A stretch of DNA of 64,000 nt from Ophelia neglecta (Eukaryota). The notes below the pieces were generated by a model that did not search any database, was not told the origin of the DNA, and saw only the letters and a list, made by a program, of their open reading frames with translations. The DNA lies in the NCBI GenBank assembly GCA_965285935.1, contig OZ260667.1:22878001-22942000 (forward strand). The letters run 5' to 3'. The translations under genes and the position numbers were made by a program. Of the stretch, positions 62,901 through 64,000 are shown one piece after another (the stretch's first letter is position 1; the number at the start of each line of letters is the position of its first letter).

Positions 62901-63733
62901 CAATCGATAGCTTCCCGGAAGTGACACTGTCTAGTTCTTCGCGTGAAAGTACCTAAACCCCGTAGTGCACCACATCACCCAAGTTAAGTTGGGTCACAGT
63001 TCACAGTTGGATGAACATTAAAATATGAATTGTCCAATTCATAAGAATAAGCTATTTCTGAATTCTGATATATTAAAATAATAAATCCCTAGTCTACTCT
63101 TCCAGGTGGCAGCAAATGAAGGTCATTGAGATATTTACAAAGGAGGCTTGAAATCGAAGATAATGGTCAAGTAAAATGACCAATCCCAAGGGCCAAAAAT
63201 GCTCTAAATCTCAAATTAACCAGCTTACCTATAATGAAACCGGATTGGTAGCAACCGAATGATCCCCATCCCTGGAAAAACTTTCCAATGCAGAACAAAA
63301 TGTAGTCATCAGCGACCAAAACCAGGATACCGGAAAGCAGCTTAATCACTATATTTGTCATTAACCCAACTTTCCTTCCAAATCTATGAATATACACGAA
63401 TTTCAAGAAGTGATATAGAAAACATATCTGCCTTGATGAAGAAGTATCGTATTTGGCTCAGAATTGAAGATAGAAATGAGACATCGAAAAAGGCTGGAAA
63501 GTGCCTTATACCAGACAGAACTAGATCGATGTTGACAAATTATTTTTAATTCATTCATAAGGCACAAATGAACGTCCACGAATCAAATTATAACTGTTAG
63601 TTTAGTTAGTTGTAGCATGCATAACATACTTGTCGGATATAATACCTGTGACAAGGGAACACACGAGTATGCCACCAAATAATAAAGTGGTGGAAAGATC
63701 TCGAAGTCCGCTTTTGTTACAAACTAAATTGTA
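56908..63733 (-). CDS. SLC22 organic cation/anion transporter-like MFS protein, 5'-partial (8 coding exons in window)
   Basis: Exons 63733-63630, 63383-63229, 62749-62581, 62247-62109, 62003-61909, 58584-58176, 57292-57156, 56983-56908. All introns are GT-AG and phase-compatible. Motifs: [58 protein letters not shown]. The protein ends ...LEISHL*. Confidence 0.95.
59330..59499 (+). repeat. 10-bp minisatellite (CACGATAACC-like), left part; resumes at 61043-61125
   Basis: CAC(G/A)ATAA(C/A)C repeated in register on both sides of the CACTG...CAGTG element. Confidence 0.85.
59500..61042. mobile_element. Non-autonomous CACTA/EnSpm (CMC)-like DNA transposon, 1543 bp, in an SLC22 intron
   Basis: Termini CACTGA / TCAGTG; 2-bp TSD CA. 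Perfect 24-bp subterminal inverted repeat at 59523-59546 / 60996-61019. Clusters of TTAGTCA/TGACTAA at both ends. Confidence 0.85.
62851..63000 (+). mobile_element. Decayed tRNA-derived SINE
   Basis: A-box-like GTAGCCGGATGGTT, followed by a core-like AAAGTACCTAAACCCC...CACCCAAGTTAAGTTGGGT; highly degenerate. Confidence 0.4.
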
Positions 63734-64000
63734 CTGTAATGAAAAAATAACAATAAGTGATAAGTGAATCCAAACGTACATTAATTTACGAAAAACATCC
63801 AAAAACCCTAGGAGAGAATAAAGTCCTAATTGTTCCGTGTGAGCAGAGTTCACTAGAGCCCATAATGCAATGTTATACGTACAATGTTTATTGTTGAACT
63901 TGTGAGAGATTAAAAAAAATGAGCCACTGTCATATCCTCATTGCAATTATGAAGTCCATTCTTTCTAATCATTTGTCATTGTACGTGCATATCTATTTAG

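Noticed and set aside
1019-63853. Remaining 60-130 aa ORFs in the ORF track
   Set aside because: They are antisense or alternate-frame shadows of real exons, or chance ORFs in AT-rich or low-complexity DNA, with no recognisable domains.

Overview
AT-rich (roughly 36-38% GC by eye), intron-rich genomic DNA from a non-vertebrate animal; the taxon cannot be determined from this window. Three protein-coding genes can be reconstructed with phase-consistent GT-AG splicing. (1) A 13-coding-exon SLC23/NAT-family transporter (+, 31696-45415, 656 aa if the proposed first exon is right), with a tRNA-Gly(TCC) on the opposite strand of one intron. (2) An Anp1/Mnn9/Van1-like (GT62) glycosyltransferase with an intronless CDS (-, 48633-49778), from a family known mainly from fungi. 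(3) The last 8 coding exons of an SLC22 organic cation/anion transporter-like gene (-, 56908-63733; first exon outside the window). The first ~31 kb has no convincing gene. It holds an apparently identical 1538-bp duplication at 11,026-bp spacing, decayed Academ-like and LINE fragments, stacked tandem arrays, and a 5'-truncated RTE/RTEX-like LINE flanked by a 158-bp target-site duplication bounded by AGGCC motifs. Other notable structures are a hairpin-bearing 38/26-bp minisatellite interrupted by a perfect 104-bp palindrome with an 8-bp TSD, a CACTA/EnSpm-like non-autonomous element inserted in a 10-bp minisatellite, several MITEs, and an apparent window-wide excess of the palindrome TAGGCCTA. 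All family assignments come from motif recognition by eye, not from database searches.
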